Assembly: GCA_002633005.1 (NCBI GenBank)
Contig: NMRA01000036.1
Coordinates: forward strand, 912,440 to 976,439
Direction of reading: 5' to 3'
DNA: 64,000 nucleotides
Source: Phoronis australis
Taxonomy: Eukaryota; Animalia; Phoronida
A program made the translations under genes and the position numbers. The notes beneath the pieces are model-generated. The model saw only the letters and a list, made by a program, of their open reading frames with translations, was not told the origin of the DNA and searched no databases. This document shows positions 38,421 through 52,120 of this stretch, piece by piece. Each line of letters starts with the position of its first letter. Positions within the stretch are counted from its first letter, which is position 1.

Positions 38421-39234
38421 AAATGTAAGACCAGTTAGGTATTAGTTTTAATTTTTTCTGCCAGTAGGCCAAATTCAATTCTATGGAATAGTTATTTATT
38501 TGCTAATAAAATATGGACATCAATCAATAAACTTCGTTAATATCAAGGCAAAAGCTGGATTTGACCCAAAATCCACACCAGTAGTCAGTATTGAAAATGC
38601 ATTCAAATTTCATGAATTTTCGTCAAGGAACGTGGTAGATATTGAGTCATTGTCAAAAACACAAAATTGCTGCGAGAGAGCCTCTGCTGAACCTGTCTGA
38701 AAAACTCTGTCATCCATGTTTTTCTTAGAAAAATTCACATTCCAATTTGCATAATGATCCTTAGAGTTGGCCAGTAGACAGACCCAAAAATTGACTAGTG
38801 CCAGCACGTTGCCATCACATACCTCTATATCAAGTTTTATTGAAATCTGTCGATTGGTTCTCTAGATAAAAATTATCTTCCAGAAATGGTGTTCCCTCAA
38901 AGACCATGGCTAACGATTATTTTCGGACAACTCTTACTACTGTGGCATCTCTTAGTGGCATTTTTTGCAGCCAAACTGAATCCTTTATGGGATCTTTGTT
39001 TAATTTGACGAGTTTGGAAGTTAATACACAATATTTTATCATAGAATTTAGGTCCTTGGTGTTCACAAACTTTAAGTGAAAATGGATGTTCCGTTTTCTG
39101 TTTTTTTTTTTTGAAAATGAATTTGCAGGTGTGATATGCAGTGCCATAAAGGACTGTTGAATGATGTTGACATTGTGGTATTTTGTCAAAAGGAGGTTAA
39201 TGGTGACTTTAAGCACTTTAACGATATTACCTAG

Positions 39235-39369
39235 GCGCTAGCAGAAGTTAAAGAGCTGAAGAGAGTAATCAGTGAAAAAGAAAAGTTGATCAAAACTCTG
39301 CACAAGGACCGTGACAAGGCATTTGCCACTTTACGGCAATACAACATTACCATAGACCATACTGCTGAG
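39235..39369 (+). CDS. CCDC57: CCDC57 coding exon 11
   Basis: ALAEVKELKRVISEKEKLIKTLHKDRDKAFATLRQYNI. CTAG/GTAAG, phase 0 to 0. Confidence 0.92.
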
Positions 39370-39695
39370 GTAAGACACTGTCAACTTAGTTATTGAATGA
39401 CAGCAATTAATGCTGGCGCTTACATTGTCATACCAGTACTGAGTTATTCACAGACTGTTTGAAGGCATTTAGTCATTGTATGAGGTTCAGTGGTTGACAC
39501 TGTGAATTATCTGGCCCTGGTTGAATTGCTCCTTCCATCCTCTTTCCGGCCCTCTTAAATTAATATCAATCAGTTTTTGCACAGATCCCTCTCTGGCTGT
39601 TTCCTCAGTAATTGGATTGCTGTCATTCCTTTGAAATTCATCAGGTCTGATAGCTAAAAATCCCTTTTCTTCTTTCAATGTTTCTGATGGTAGCA

Positions 39696-40090
39696 GTTAT
39701 GCAGAACTTGTTAAAGACACGACACTTGTAGTTTTTGACTGTCTTTATTCCATTCCTTTCATATCTTGGGAACAAAGTTCGACATTCAACAGAACATTGC
39801 TTATTAATTAAGTGACCAAGAGGTATGATTAAAGACACGATACTTTGAAACATACTTGTTTCATTCTCAAGTGGAAAGAAAATGACACGGTACAGGGCAA
39901 GTGTGAAGTATTTCCACTTGAGAATGAAACAAGTATGTTTTGAAATACCGTGTGTCTTTTAATCATTTTTCTTGGTCAGTTACTAATTACCAATGTTCTG
40001 TTGAATGTCAAACTTTGTTTTGAGGAAATGAACAAAATGGAATAAAAATAATCAACAACAAGTGTCGTGGCTTTAACAAATTTTGCATAA
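39696..40090. repeat. Long palindromic (foldback) element, ~180-bp arms and 33-nt loop
   Basis: Perfect 30-bp core 39848-39877 versus 39911-39940, with imperfect arms extending to GTTATGCAGAA / TTTTGCATAAC. Confidence 0.9.
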
Positions 40091-41015
40091 CAGAAAACAT
40101 GCTACCCAAGTAATACAAGGTGGTAGCAGTAAAGTTCATTTCAAGTTCAGGTGCGATTGGTGGGTATTTAGCAAAGCAATTTAACTCTAACAAGTCATCG
40201 AAAATCATCCAAAAATTTGTAGACTCATTCATGCGCTGATTAGTTAAGTCGGTGGAATAAAATGTTTTAAAATGTGAGCACAGCAAAATTAGGACAAATA
40301 AGTCAAAATTGGAAGATTAAACTTATGTCCGACGAAGTCTGTCCTCAATTTCTTGTTCACTGGGATTGATATCTTTCTGACCCAGTGGGTTTATAATTAA
40401 GTCTACGTGTACTCCAAATAGAATCTTACTGCCTGATTGTGCAAGAATTCTCCATCCTACTGTTCATCATTTCTTTGTCACACAGTCAAAGACTCCAGCC
40501 ATTTCCAATCCTCTGAAGATAAAAACAATGGCTAAATCCCACTTATGATGTGACAATTGAGTTTAATCAATCTAGGATTGTCAGAAAATACTCGTCGAGA
40601 GCTACGGCAATTTCAGTAATTAAGGGGATATTGAGTTTCCTTAAAGTCAAGTAAAAGTTAAAGAAAATCTTTATAGCTAGATAAGAAAAATGTGGAGATT
40701 CATGGAAAAACTTTAGATTTTTCTTAAAATAAATATAATCTGTAGGGAAGATAAGAAATTATGTTACAAGTAAGACTCCTCATTCCTTGTGTTGGCCAGA
40801 CATTCCAATTTAGGCTCCATTATTGGGATGAATGGTTACCAACTAATTGGACCATTTTGTATTCATCTAGCCATTTATTTTATAGAAGTTCATGATCAAC
40901 ACAACAGTCCCTTTGAAATAACATCTCCGCACTCAGAACAGATGTATCCTCAGCCTGCATGCAAGGTGTACTTGTTTTCTTTCGAATTTATGTATTATTG
41001 CAATTGACACTTCAG

Positions 41016-41160
41016 GAGGAAGGTACCACAGATAACCTACAGGTGGCAGATCTAAAAAGGCAGAATGATAACTTGCGCACCGTGATTCGTCAAATGAGAG
41101 AGGACATGGAACAGCTAGGTCATGCGCTGCCACCTGATGACCGTAACAATGGCGACACAG
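41016..41160 (+). CDS. CCDC57: CCDC57 coding exon 12
   Basis: LKRQNDNLRTVIRQMREDMEQLG (cf. human LREQNTSLRNAIAQMRKEME). Phase 0 to 1. Confidence 0.93.
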
Positions 41161-43052
41161 GTAGTAGTCAGATAGTTCGGTTGATTGCAAGATAAATTTT
41201 ATATTGTGCATGCTGGTATGAATTTTAATCATTAAAGGGCTAGAAAACATGTTGTCCCAATATGCACGGATTCCAATTTGCTATTAATATATTGCTTCAA
41301 AGTCGTTATTAAATATTTATTACAAATTTATACTTCTATGGTACCGTTGTTCTTTGCGACACTGTCTTGTGAAGTAAATGGGGAATGGTAATGTTTGCCA
41401 GAGTTTGCTTTTAATTTTTGTACTACATGGATCTGATCTCTTTTGACTTGTGGTATTTGTGGTTTACAATAATATTATTTCATTTGTTAAATCTGTCTTT
41501 GGGAACAATGTGCACAGGGTAATTGTGGTCTCAATGTCTGGCCATCCAAAGATATTCAGCATTGTATTTTGCTCAGCCTAACTTTCACACAGTGAAACAA
41601 GAAAATCAATTCTTGCCAAGGGCAATTTTTTAAAAAGACCTCTCTAACTTTCGCTTTTCGGCAGGTATCATCAATAGTATGCTTCATTCTGTGGGTTGTC
41701 ATGTGGTGATATTAGTTTTTAAACACCTTAAAAGGTGACGTAACGAATGTTGATAAAGTTTGTGAAGACTTCTTAATGGTATGATTGTCATCCAGTTTGA
41801 TCAACAACTGGACATCCAGATGACAATTTCAAGTGTGAATACTGCTAAACTGGTCTCTCAATTATTGTTTTTACTTGCTACAAAACTTCATAACAGCTGA
41901 ACACATGTCAAAATAATTACAGAACTGTTGTTTTATTGGTGCGGAGACCTCTGTTCAGTAAAATTTTTAAATTTTTATGCACCCACATAGTTATATTTAG
42001 TATGTGGGTGCATTATGCCATCACCCCTATCCAAAAACCCCATAATGGGAGTTCATGATATTTTGCGGACGTGCTTATCATGGATGGGATGGCATGAACA
42101 AATTTTCTGGCTGATATGACTACCATGTACCCTGTAAATCTTTAAGTTCACCTCTGAAAGTTCCATAATGGATTTTCATGAAATTTTGCAAATACGAATC
42201 TCTTAAGGAGACGACACTGCCTTCTCATTTTTGGATGGATTTGATGTATTCAGCATCACTTACTGTTTGTTTTTACTATTTTCAAGTCTTTCTTTCTATC
42301 CAACAAACCACTCTTAAGGACTATAATGGAAATTTGCATGTGTGTTCCTGCTGGGAAGAGTGCACCTGACAATGATTTTTGGAGGGCTCACATTACTGTG
42401 GCACCCCCTAGTGGCAGTTTTGGTTTTCTTGGTTGTGGCTGCATCTCCCAAACCTTGTAGGATATTTGTTAAATTTGACTGGTGTATTTCTAGGAACATG
42501 AGAACAGGTGACGACAACTTTTGGATGGATCAGATTACTGTTGTGCAGTTTACTTTCATTTGTTATTTATTTTGTATGTTCAGAGTTCTATGACCAATTT
42601 TCATAACACATGGCAATTGGGTTTGCTGGCGACAATCGTAACTCCCGGCTCTAACTACACTGCAACAGTTTACTTATTTCAGAGTACACCTTACTTGTTT
42701 TTGAACTAGTTCTTTGAAGCAAATTACAGTTGGACGCTAGTCCAGGCAGTGAGTGCTGAATTGAAAAATGTCAAAAGTGGATGGTAGTGCTTACGTGAGT
42801 AGGGGCATAAACCCAAATGTTTATTGTAAGAACCATCTCCATGTGATTCAATTGACAATTGCCTCTGGGTAACTGTCTCTCAGCCTGTTTTTTGTTTGCC
42901 CTGACATCTTGCATTAAAACGTGTAGGAAAACTTTCTTTATGATGAGTTGATGGTGACTGTGGTTGCTCATCATTTATGCTTTGTAAATTTATGATCTCT
43001 ATTTGTATGACACGCCAGACTGTACTGCTTTCAACATTTTGTTTTCCCTTAG

Positions 43053-43336
43053 ATTATTCAAATCAACTGGAAGCAGAAGTTTCTCGCACAAAAGCCAAAA
43101 ATAGAGAGCTTCAGCTGGAAATCGAACAACTACGACAACCATCGAACCACGACAAAATTCCCAACGCAGTACTTAAGGACATGGCCGACAATACTCTGGT
43201 GAGAACACATGTGGAGTCATTGAACAGCATGGTGGGGAGTCTACGCAGTGAAAAGATGGAACTTGCAGCTCAGGTGAAGAAGTCCCAGGCAAGAATAGAG
43301 CATCTGGAGAGGTTGAACGATCAACTATCTAAACAG
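43053..43336 (+). CDS. CCDC57: CCDC57 coding exon 13
   Basis: DYSNQLEAEVSRTKAKNRELQ..LNDQLSKQ (cf. human DYV..LEAEI..LK.K). Phase 1 to 0. Confidence 0.92.
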
Positions 43337-43640
43337 GTGAATCAGCGCCTCAGTTCATTATAAAATATCTAACAGGGATCCAACAGGTAACCAAACTCTC
43401 AAAACTGCCTTTTTGTGCACTGTGTGTACACAAAAGTCATGTGGATTCATATGGCAATGATCTCCATCATTATCCCAGCATGCACTGATGTATCTCCTAA
43501 ACTGCCGGTGGGATCTTCATGAAATTTGGCAGGTGTGTTCCTAGAATGACAGATGACAGCAATTTTCAGAGGAATCCGACTACTGGTGTGCCCCTTATTA
43601 TACCTGCCACCTCTTCTATTTTGGGTGAAAGATGTATGGT

Positions 43641-44889
43641 TTTTATGCGCCCACATATTTATAGGTGGTCGCATATTGCCGCCATCTCTGTCTGTCAGGA
43701 CATCCGGCGTCCACAGCTGTATCTCCTAAACCCCTCACAGGATCTTGATGAGATTCGACAGATGTGTTCCTTAGAAGCTGACGACGAATGACAACGAATT
43801 TCGGACCTCTCCGACTACTGGTGTGCTCCCTAGTGGCAATTTTAGTTTTTTACGCTTACCTCTGTATCTTCGGAAGTCCTCAATGGATTTTCACTAAAAT
43901 TGGAATATAGGCATCTATTAGTGAGATGAAACTATCCTCTCGTTTTTGGATGGATTCAACATAGTTTGCGCCACCTAGTGGCTTTTTTACTGTTTTCGAG
44001 TCTGTTTTTGACGTCCACCCCTCTATCAACCAAACGGCACTAAGGATAATTGTGAAAATTGGCATATGAAGAGGATGGCTGACGATGATTTTCTCATGAC
44101 TTCGAGTACTGTGGCACCTCCTAGTTGCAGTTTTGTTTTTTTTTGCACCCATGGCTGTATCTTCTTAAAAGTTTGTAGGAACTTTACTAAATTTAACAAG
44201 TGTATTTATGTGATTTTGACAACGGATGACGGCTTTCGCACGGATCTGACCGCCAGTGTCTCCCGTTGTGGCAAAAAGGTCCTCAATGGAGTTTCATAAA
44301 ATTTGGAGTATAAACATGTATTGTTGCGGTTACGCTATCCTCCCATTTTCGGATGTATTCAAGTTATTGTGGGCCACCTAGTTGTCATTTTTACTGGGTT
44401 TTTTTTGCGTCCACCCCTCTATCAACCAAACCATTCTAAGGATGATTTTGAAAATTGGCGTGTACTCAGTGTGAAGAGGATGGTTACGCTAACAATTTTG
44501 GTTACTGTGACACTTCCTAGTGGTGGTTTTGTTTTGTTTTGCGGCCATAGCTGTATCTGCTAAACCTGCAGCAGGATCTTTATTAAACTTAGTAAGTGTA
44601 TTTATATGAAGCTAACAAGAGACCATGACTTTGAGGTGGACGCTGTGCCCTGTAGTGGCAATTTCATTTTTTCCGCTTTCCTTTGTTTCTCTAAAGTTCC
44701 TTGACAGATTTTTATGAAATTTGGTGAATAGCTTTCTATTAAAGATGCGATGGCATGATCCGTTTTCAGATGGATTGGACGTGTTGCGCCATCTAGTGGC
44801 CATTTTTACGATAGAAATGAACAATTCTAGAAGCACATTGTTTGCGATGCATTCGTGGGTGCATTTCAACGCTATACGTTGCTCTTGTT
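43641..44889 (+). mobile_element. Second near-complete HINE-type element nested among older copies
   Basis: Starts TTTTATGCGCCCACATATTTATAGGTGGTCGCAT, has internal units homologous to 29900-30830, and ends GTGGGTGCATTTCAACGCTATACGTTGCTCTTGTT. Confidence 0.8.
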
Positions 44890-46020
44890 ATGCATTCACG
44901 ATACCGTCATCTCTGTCTGGCTTCAGACATCTGCTGCTGTATCTCCAAAACCCCTTGGAGGATCTTCATGAAAGTTCTGTAGAAGAAGATGATGTGATGA
45001 TGTGGGCTTTCTAATGGACCAGACTACCGTTGTAGTCCCTGGTGGCCATTTTTACGTTTGCCTTTGTATCTTTGGAGTTTATTGATACGTATTGGCACGT
45101 AGGTTTCTATTAAGGAGACTACGTTCATGACCTTATTTTCCCATGGGTTTGATATATTCTGCACCACCTATTGGACATTGTTATTGATTCCAGTCCCTTT
45201 GATGGTGTCCACATTTCATCTGGCAAACTGCTCAAGAGATCACTGTAACACTTTACAGATGTGTTCCTGCTGACAACAGTACAAGTGACATAGATTTTCT
45301 GAATGTTCCAACTACAGTGGTGCTCGATACAAGCCAAAACTACGTTCTAAAAGCAAATTTACTACAAATCCACAAATTACTATGGTTCAAAAGTCAGATT
45401 TTTTTCCAAGTCTAAAGTGTTGCCTAAAATTGCTTCAGATTTCTGAGTCACAACACTGCAATGCAACAGTAATACAGGGAGTCGTCATTTTGATGAAAAG
45501 TTAGTCTGCAGCCGAATGAGTGTACTCTTCTGAACCACAGCATCTTTACAAGCACAAACAATCCAGACTCAATGAACCAGGTTGATCCTACTTGCAATGT
45601 TATACCTGAAAACTGCCACCAAACCTGAACTACCCCTGAAATTTGATTTCTAGGTTGCATGTGGCTACTATCTAACTGAGTGTACAGTGGCACTTGCTCA
45701 CTAAAGATTATTCAAGCTTGATGGATATTTAGTGTCCTACTAGTAACTTCATACATTGGCGATATTGCTTGTGGTGTTCAAAATGACTTGAACTGGTCTG
45801 TCACTTTTTTCTTTGCCCAGAAATCAGTTCTAATCTGAGTATGGAACAAGTTGAGACCAGTTACATATCTAGTCTAAACTGGAAGTTAATTATTGACATA
45901 TTTAGTGACATTAAATGTCCTTCGTTAAATTTATGGCTTTCAGTATTACTCCATGACTATTAATCATCCTGGCAAAACTTTTGCCCGATAAATTTCCAGT
46001 CATTTCTTTGTTCTTATCAG

Positions 46021-46221
46021 CCAAGACAGAAGCAAGTTGAGATAGAGCAGCTGCATTATGAAGTGGGTGCTCGAAGCCGACGGTACGAAGGTGAGGTTGC
46101 CAACTTGCGTCACCGTGTAACAGAACTGGAACTGGAACTAACAGAAACCAGAAGGGAGGCAGATGAGTATCATAAAGCAAATCTTGAACGAAACATGGAG
46201 GCTGTGGCACTTGGAAATGAG
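46021..46221 (+). CDS. CCDC57: CCDC57 coding exon 14
   Basis: PRQKQVEIEQLHYE..EVANLRHRVTELELEL..EAVALGNE (cf. human LRKQVAEL..DAVALG). Phase 0 to 0. Confidence 0.92.
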
Positions 46222-47310
46222 GTAAAAGCAACTGACTTGGCTGCTTGGGTATGGCGAGGTCTGACACATGGCTGTTTTTTCTTAGTTTATGAGAGGCAAA
46301 CTTAACAACAGGGCTTAGGGGGTCTAGACATGCACTACATGCTAGACTGTAGTTTTCTAACGAAATTTCCTAGAATAACGGGTAATGAAATGGAAATTTA
46401 TCGAGGTAGCCCAACCATTCCGTATTGAGAATTTATCCACCATCATAATCGTTACTTGTCATTTGTGCTGTTAACAGAATGTTTTTATCTGTGATTACTG
46501 AAACTGTTTTTGTTGGATTATGTTTGTCTTGTATTGTATAGTCAGTAATACTCCATGTTCTTGGTGAAATATATATTGGACCATGCACAATTCCAGTATT
46601 AGCAATGGCAATAGCAGTTATATATCAGTCATTGGCAAAGGTGATGTTATTATAACTCAACGAAACAGTTTGCTTCTGACACAATAATTGTAAATTGGGC
46701 CAACCAAGTTTTTTGTTAGTGTTCTCATTTTGCCAAAGAGTTGTGTCTAGATTATTACCTATTAATATGCTGGTCTGCAGAACAGGTGACTGAGTGTGTA
46801 AAAAAACGAGATGAAGCTATTTTTATTTTATTTTTCCTATCATGAAAATAGTGTGTTAGTCTCTATTGTCCTTGTGGCCTGTTGAGTAATCCTACAATTT
46901 CATGTTGCTTGACTTCTCTAAACAATTAAGGAACATTTATTGGTTTTACAGTTAAGAAATGTTGGGATTATTGGTGGATAAGATAGAATTCTTGGAGTTA
47001 TTAGCAAAACATCAAAATCCATAGTGTTTTTTGATTTTGTTACAAATCACAAATTCTTGTTGTGTTCTGCAGTCACACATTTGCTTGAATCCAAATCAGT
47101 GAATTTACGAGTGAAATGGGTTTCAGATACCCTCCACCATTGATCAAGTGTTGTTTAGCTTCAACAGCAGAGCATTAGACTGCGACTGCAGAATCGATTC
47201 AGGTTTGTTTCCATGTTGAGGCTGATTTCAAAAACATCATTTTTCTTGCTGATAATATCCCTTTGAGAATCTTCTTTTGTGTACTAATTGCTTCTTAATG
47301 TCTGTTTCAG

Positions 47311-47370
47311 CTTTCCAATCTGAAAGTAGACATGGCCCGTAAAAATCCAAGTGTCAACTATGGTGCACAG
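47311..47370 (+). CDS. CCDC57: CCDC57 coding exon 15
   Basis: LSNLKVDMARKNPSVNYGAQ. Strong acceptor TGTTTCAG, donor GTGATC, 60 nt, frame-preserving. Confidence 0.8.
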
Positions 47371-47409
47371 GTGATCAATCTTGTTATCCCTGTTTTTAAG
47401 CATTTACGT

Positions 47410-49020
47410 ATTTTATGTGGTTGCATTATGCCATCATCCCTTTCCGGCATCCGGCTTCCACTGTTGTACCTTGAGTTCCTAAATTCCTACTAGTTGAATA
47501 TTTGTGAAAGTTTGTTGACATGGTCCTATCATGGGTGGGATGACACGAGTCAATTTGTCAGACCCCTAAGTGAAATTTCAATTATTTAAGTTTGCCTGTG
47601 TGTATCTTCAGATTTCCTCGGTGGGTTTTACATTTGACTAATAGATAAACGTTTTCAGATGTTTTCAATGTTTTCTGTCTTTATTTTCTCTGTTTTCATC
47701 TCCCTCTCTATCAGTCAAACTACTCTTAGGATGAATATGAAAATAGTTACATGTTGTCTTCCTGTAAAGAGGACGGCTGACAATGACTTTCACACAGCTC
47801 CAGTTACGACTTAGTGACTCCTGATGGCAGTTTTGTTTTGTGTGTCCATGGATGTATTTCGTGTAGGTCTTGCTGAAACTTCGTTAAATATTGCATGACT
47901 ATATTTCTATGCAGATGACAATGGATGGTGACGACTTTAGGCGTATTCAGCCACGACTGTGCCCCCTAGTGACAGTTTTGTTTTGTCGCATTTACTTCGT
48001 ATCTTAGGAGTTCCTTGATGGATTTTCAGGAGATTTGACCAAAAGGCTTCTATTGAGAAGACAAGGACACCTTCCCATTTTCGTTTAGATCCAACATATT
48101 ATGCACCACTTTGTGACCATTTTTATACTTTTGGGGCTCGAAACCTGGAGTTTTTGCTAACAGTGTAGACGTTTAAGTTCACTGAGCCATCGAAACCATT
48201 GATCGATTACAGAAATCCGGTCAGACTTATAGGAGCAGAAAGTTCCGGGTTGAAGTCCTGGTCAGGACTGAGGTCTTTTCAGACTTAACTGTATGTCATG
48301 TGATGTGACCAAAATATGGCGTGTACGAAGACTAATAATTCTTACTTATACCATATCAACGTACTGATTTATAACAGCACAAAAGACCATTATGAAAATT
48401 GGTTGATATGTTCCTACTGGGAGGAGCACAGGTGACAATGATTTTCAGATGGTTCCGACTGGTGGCAGTTTTGTTTTTTCTCGTCTTCAGCTGTATCTCT
48501 TGTTTTAGAATTTCTGGGAACGTGGCAAGGGATTACAATGACTTTCTTATTGTTCCGGTTGTTGTTGTACCCTCTAGTTGCAGTTTTATTTAAAATTGTT
48601 CACGTTTTCTTCCATATCTTCTCAGCTCCGAGACGGATTTTCATGAAACGTAGCAAATACGTTTTAGTTAGAGATGATGACACCTTCCCTTGTTTGGATG
48701 GATTTGATGTATTGTAGGCCATCTAGTGGCCATTTTTATTATTTTTGAGTTTAATTTTTGGCATCTGTCTCTCTCTTGGCCAAATCGCTCAAAGGATCAT
48801 TATGAAAGTTGGCTTAATATGTTTCTACTTGGAAGTGCTAGGCTGATGACAATTTTTATACAGGTCCAGCTACTGCAACGCCCTCTAGTGTCAACTTAGT
48901 TCTTGTGTGAAGCTCAGTACGTAATTTATTGATGGATCTTCATGAAATTTGGTGTGTGTTTCTATTGAGGAGAGTACAGCTGGCGTGAATTTTGGGACAA
49001 ATCTGACTACAGCATGGAGG
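47410..49020 (+). mobile_element. Older diverged HINE-type copies
   Basis: 5' motif TTTTATGTGGTTGCATTATGCCATCATC and recurring internal motifs (CTAGTGGC, GGATTTTCATGAAA, CTCTCTATCA..CAAA). Confidence 0.65.
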
Positions 49021-49203
49021 GACAAAAGTTTGGTTAAGTCAAATTTGTTTATGCCCTCCCCCAGTATTACCTACTTTCCTATAGGCTTGCATCATAAGTA
49101 TGATATTTTTTATTGTGCCACTAAAGCATTTGATTAATGTGTTACTTGTGGTAATTTGCACATCTGAACTGCGACCGTTGCAATCTATTGTAATACTTTT
49201 TAG

Positions 49204-49450
49204 GAACTGGTTATACAACAACTTCAAGATGAACTTTCCAGGCTAAGAAAAATGGTTGGAAGTAATGTGCCTTTCGACCCAAGTTTGTTGACCCTTGACC
49301 CAGTGGTTGGGGATAAGAGCACAGCGTCTTCAGTCACTCAATTGAAACAGAAGCTACGACTGGCTGCCAACCACATCAGGCAACTGGCAAAGGAAAAACA
49401 GCAGTTGATTCTAGTGGGTAATAAACTCAGGGCAGAGCTGACTAAAGCTG
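49204..49450 (+). CDS. CCDC57: CCDC57 coding exon 16
   Basis: ELVIQQLQDELSRLRK..QLKQKLRLAANHIRQLAKEKQQLILVGNKLRAEL. Phase 0 to 1. Confidence 0.9.
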
Positions 49451-49474
49451 GTATGTGAGATTTTGAACTTCGTT

Positions 49475-49546
49475 NNNNNNNNNNNNNNNNNNNNNNNNNN
49501 NNNNNNNNNNNNNNNNNNNNNNNNNNNNNNNNNNNNNNNNNNNNNN
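49475..49546. other. Assembly gap (N run) in CCDC57 intron 16
   Basis: Run of N bases directly before a HINE 3' end. Confidence 1.
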
Positions 49547-49769
49547 TTTAAGCAACTGGTGTATAGGATGTGCTTGTATTATGAAGATTACTCACATTTT
49601 GCCCCTAGCCTATTGAGGAGACAATGACCATGCCTTTCCATTTTGCTAAGTACAACATACTACATATATGCTCTCTACTGGCCACTTTGTGGTACCAATA
49701 AACAACCCTAGAAGGATACCGTATGCGGTGCAATTGTGGGCGCATTTCAACGCTCTGCGTTGCTCTTGT
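49547..49769 (+). mobile_element. Young HINE 3' end, near-identical to 31030-31253
   Basis: TTTAAGCAACTGGTGTATAGG...GTGGGCGCATTTCAACGCTCTGCGTTGCTCTTGT differs from the 31030-31253 copy at only a handful of positions. Confidence 0.9.
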
Positions 49770-51300
49770 TTCAATTATGTGGCAAATTTTTATGAATCAA
49801 AAACCAGGCCCTTGCCTACTACTGACAGTTCAAACATGTCTCCCACTGTTTACATTTTTTAAAAATTCATATTTAAAGCAAAAAATCCACTGAAATGTCA
49901 GTCACACGGTTATGGAAGATTGTATAACAACAGGCGTGAATTAGACATTTCAGTCGTTGAGGACTCAAAAATTTTGTACTTTTGTGGGTTGAAATGGACA
50001 GTCGTAAAATTATTTAATGAAATATGAAGGCCATTGTCAATTACACTTTTCTTAATTATTTTGTTTTTGTTTTGTATTACTTTTGAGTTTTTATTAAAAA
50101 TCAAAGTTGTCCTATTTTGTGGTGATAGCCTGTTATGCAAAAAAGGAACATTTTAAAGCAATTCCAAAAGGCATTACATAAAGCATATTCAAAAGTATCA
50201 CATTAATCCAATCAACTGTTTCTCTTGTTTTGAAGGTAGTCAAGCTACATAACCTTAATTGATGTTTAAGTTTTTCGTCATAAATTTTTTTGAGAAAACA
50301 AGTTTCCTCAAATAAGTTGAATAACGCTTGTTTTAGGTTTTCTGCAAGTTCATTTTAGTAAGGGTTTGCACTCAGATAGCTCTCCGAACTATTAGCAATT
50401 TTTCATTTATTTTGCACAAAAATAATTGCCAAAATTTTCATTTTTTCATTTTTAAAGGCTGATTACCTTGCTGCAAATAATAGAAATTTTATGAAATGTT
50501 AATGCTTGTGGGTTTGTCTAGCAACTAGTAAACATTTTCAACCTTCTTGTTCAAAGGTCTTTGTCTAACTGATGTAAATCTTGTAGTCTGGTGTGTGAGA
50601 TCAGTTGTATCTGTGTTGCGAAGGACACCCTCTGCGCAGCTACAGGGAATTAAGGGTGCATATGGTCCAGATCGTATTGATCACAGTCCGTATGCATATC
50701 AATTGATTATTTTGGTCAGTGATTACAGATTTGTAGAAAATGGTTTCAAAATCATGACATTTGCATAAAAAGTAATTCTCTGAAGTCTGCCTATGAGCGG
50801 AACCAAACATACAACCCCTTCTGTCGCAGTTTAACACTCTGCTGGCAGAGCTAAATCCCACTTGATAAATGGCGCAGTTTTAGTTTAGTTTCCTTATTGA
50901 AATATATTTTATTTGTATATAAAATCACGCGCCTTGATTTCGATGAATGTCTGGCAACTATCTCATTCAAGTCCATTACCTAAATGAATGGTTTAATGAT
51001 TACTTAACTCTCAAGTCATTTTTATAATTTCAATGTAATCTTACGTAAATTCTAGAATTTAAACTCATAGCAATTGTAATTCATGGTCATCTCAAAATTG
51101 GTTTAAAACGTGACTCTGTGTTTGCTTCTTTAATGGACACTCTTTCAAATTCCAACCTAATAGGCACCAATGAACAAAAACTACATGCCCTCAAATGCAC
51201 CACTACCGTCAGCTCTTAATGGAGCACAGAAGTCTTCACACTTAGTTCAATCACCCAATTGCTGTGCTTATCATGAAATTTGAAAACGCCTTCTTTGTAG

Positions 51301-51455
51301 GTATCTCTTTACCCTCTCAAACCAGCTCAAGCATACCACCTCCCTACATCATACAATCTAACCAGCCACCGGGTAAGGTGGTCAGTCCTCTGGCACAGAA
51401 GGTACAGAATAAACTGAATCAGCTTGAAAAACTGCAGTACGCGTTGACAAAACAG
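51301..51455 (+). CDS. CCDC57: CCDC57 coding exon 17
   Basis: ISLPSQ..KLNQLEKLQYALTKQ. TTTGTAG/GTATG, phase 1 to 0. Confidence 0.9.
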
Positions 51456-52120
51456 GTATGAAGGAATCGTCTATGGCAGGTAGACTCATGTTTGTCTCAT
51501 TAAGGAAATCTCAATGTAGGGCCTACTATCTAATTACTCTTTGCTTACAACCATAGAGTACCATGATTGTTTTGTACAATTTTCATCCTCATAATTGTTC
51601 TTTTGGATTAACTTTGAGGCATTTAAGGTTTAGTGTAGCGAGTTGAAATTCTACACACATATTATAAAGCCTGAAAGGTAAAAATGAATTTCATTTGATT
51701 TAGCTGGTGATAATCAAGGCAGAACGTCACATTTTGAAATTCATTCGTGGTTGGCTAATTGAATGTTCTACGTCAAATGTCTTGTTTATCTCTTACCAGA
51801 TAGTATTGCAGTTATCATTCATATTTGAAGTACATAAGCCCATGAATCAAACATGTTCAAAGATGTCCCGCATGGATAACACATTTGGGCAGCATTGAAT
51901 TTAACCCTTTAGGGTGGTTGTGCTTGTTAAACACAGCCACATTAGAAAAATCCTCCTGTCTTATCTCTTCCATGTAGAGTACTCGCCAAAAGTATTGTGA
52001 CAAAATGACCCAGAATTCTCTGTCGTGATGTCTGTTTGTACAAATCTTTTGCATAAAAGCTACAAGATTGTGTGAATTGGGCTGAGTTTCTAAGGTTTAC
52101 ATTTAATTGCCATAATTTAG

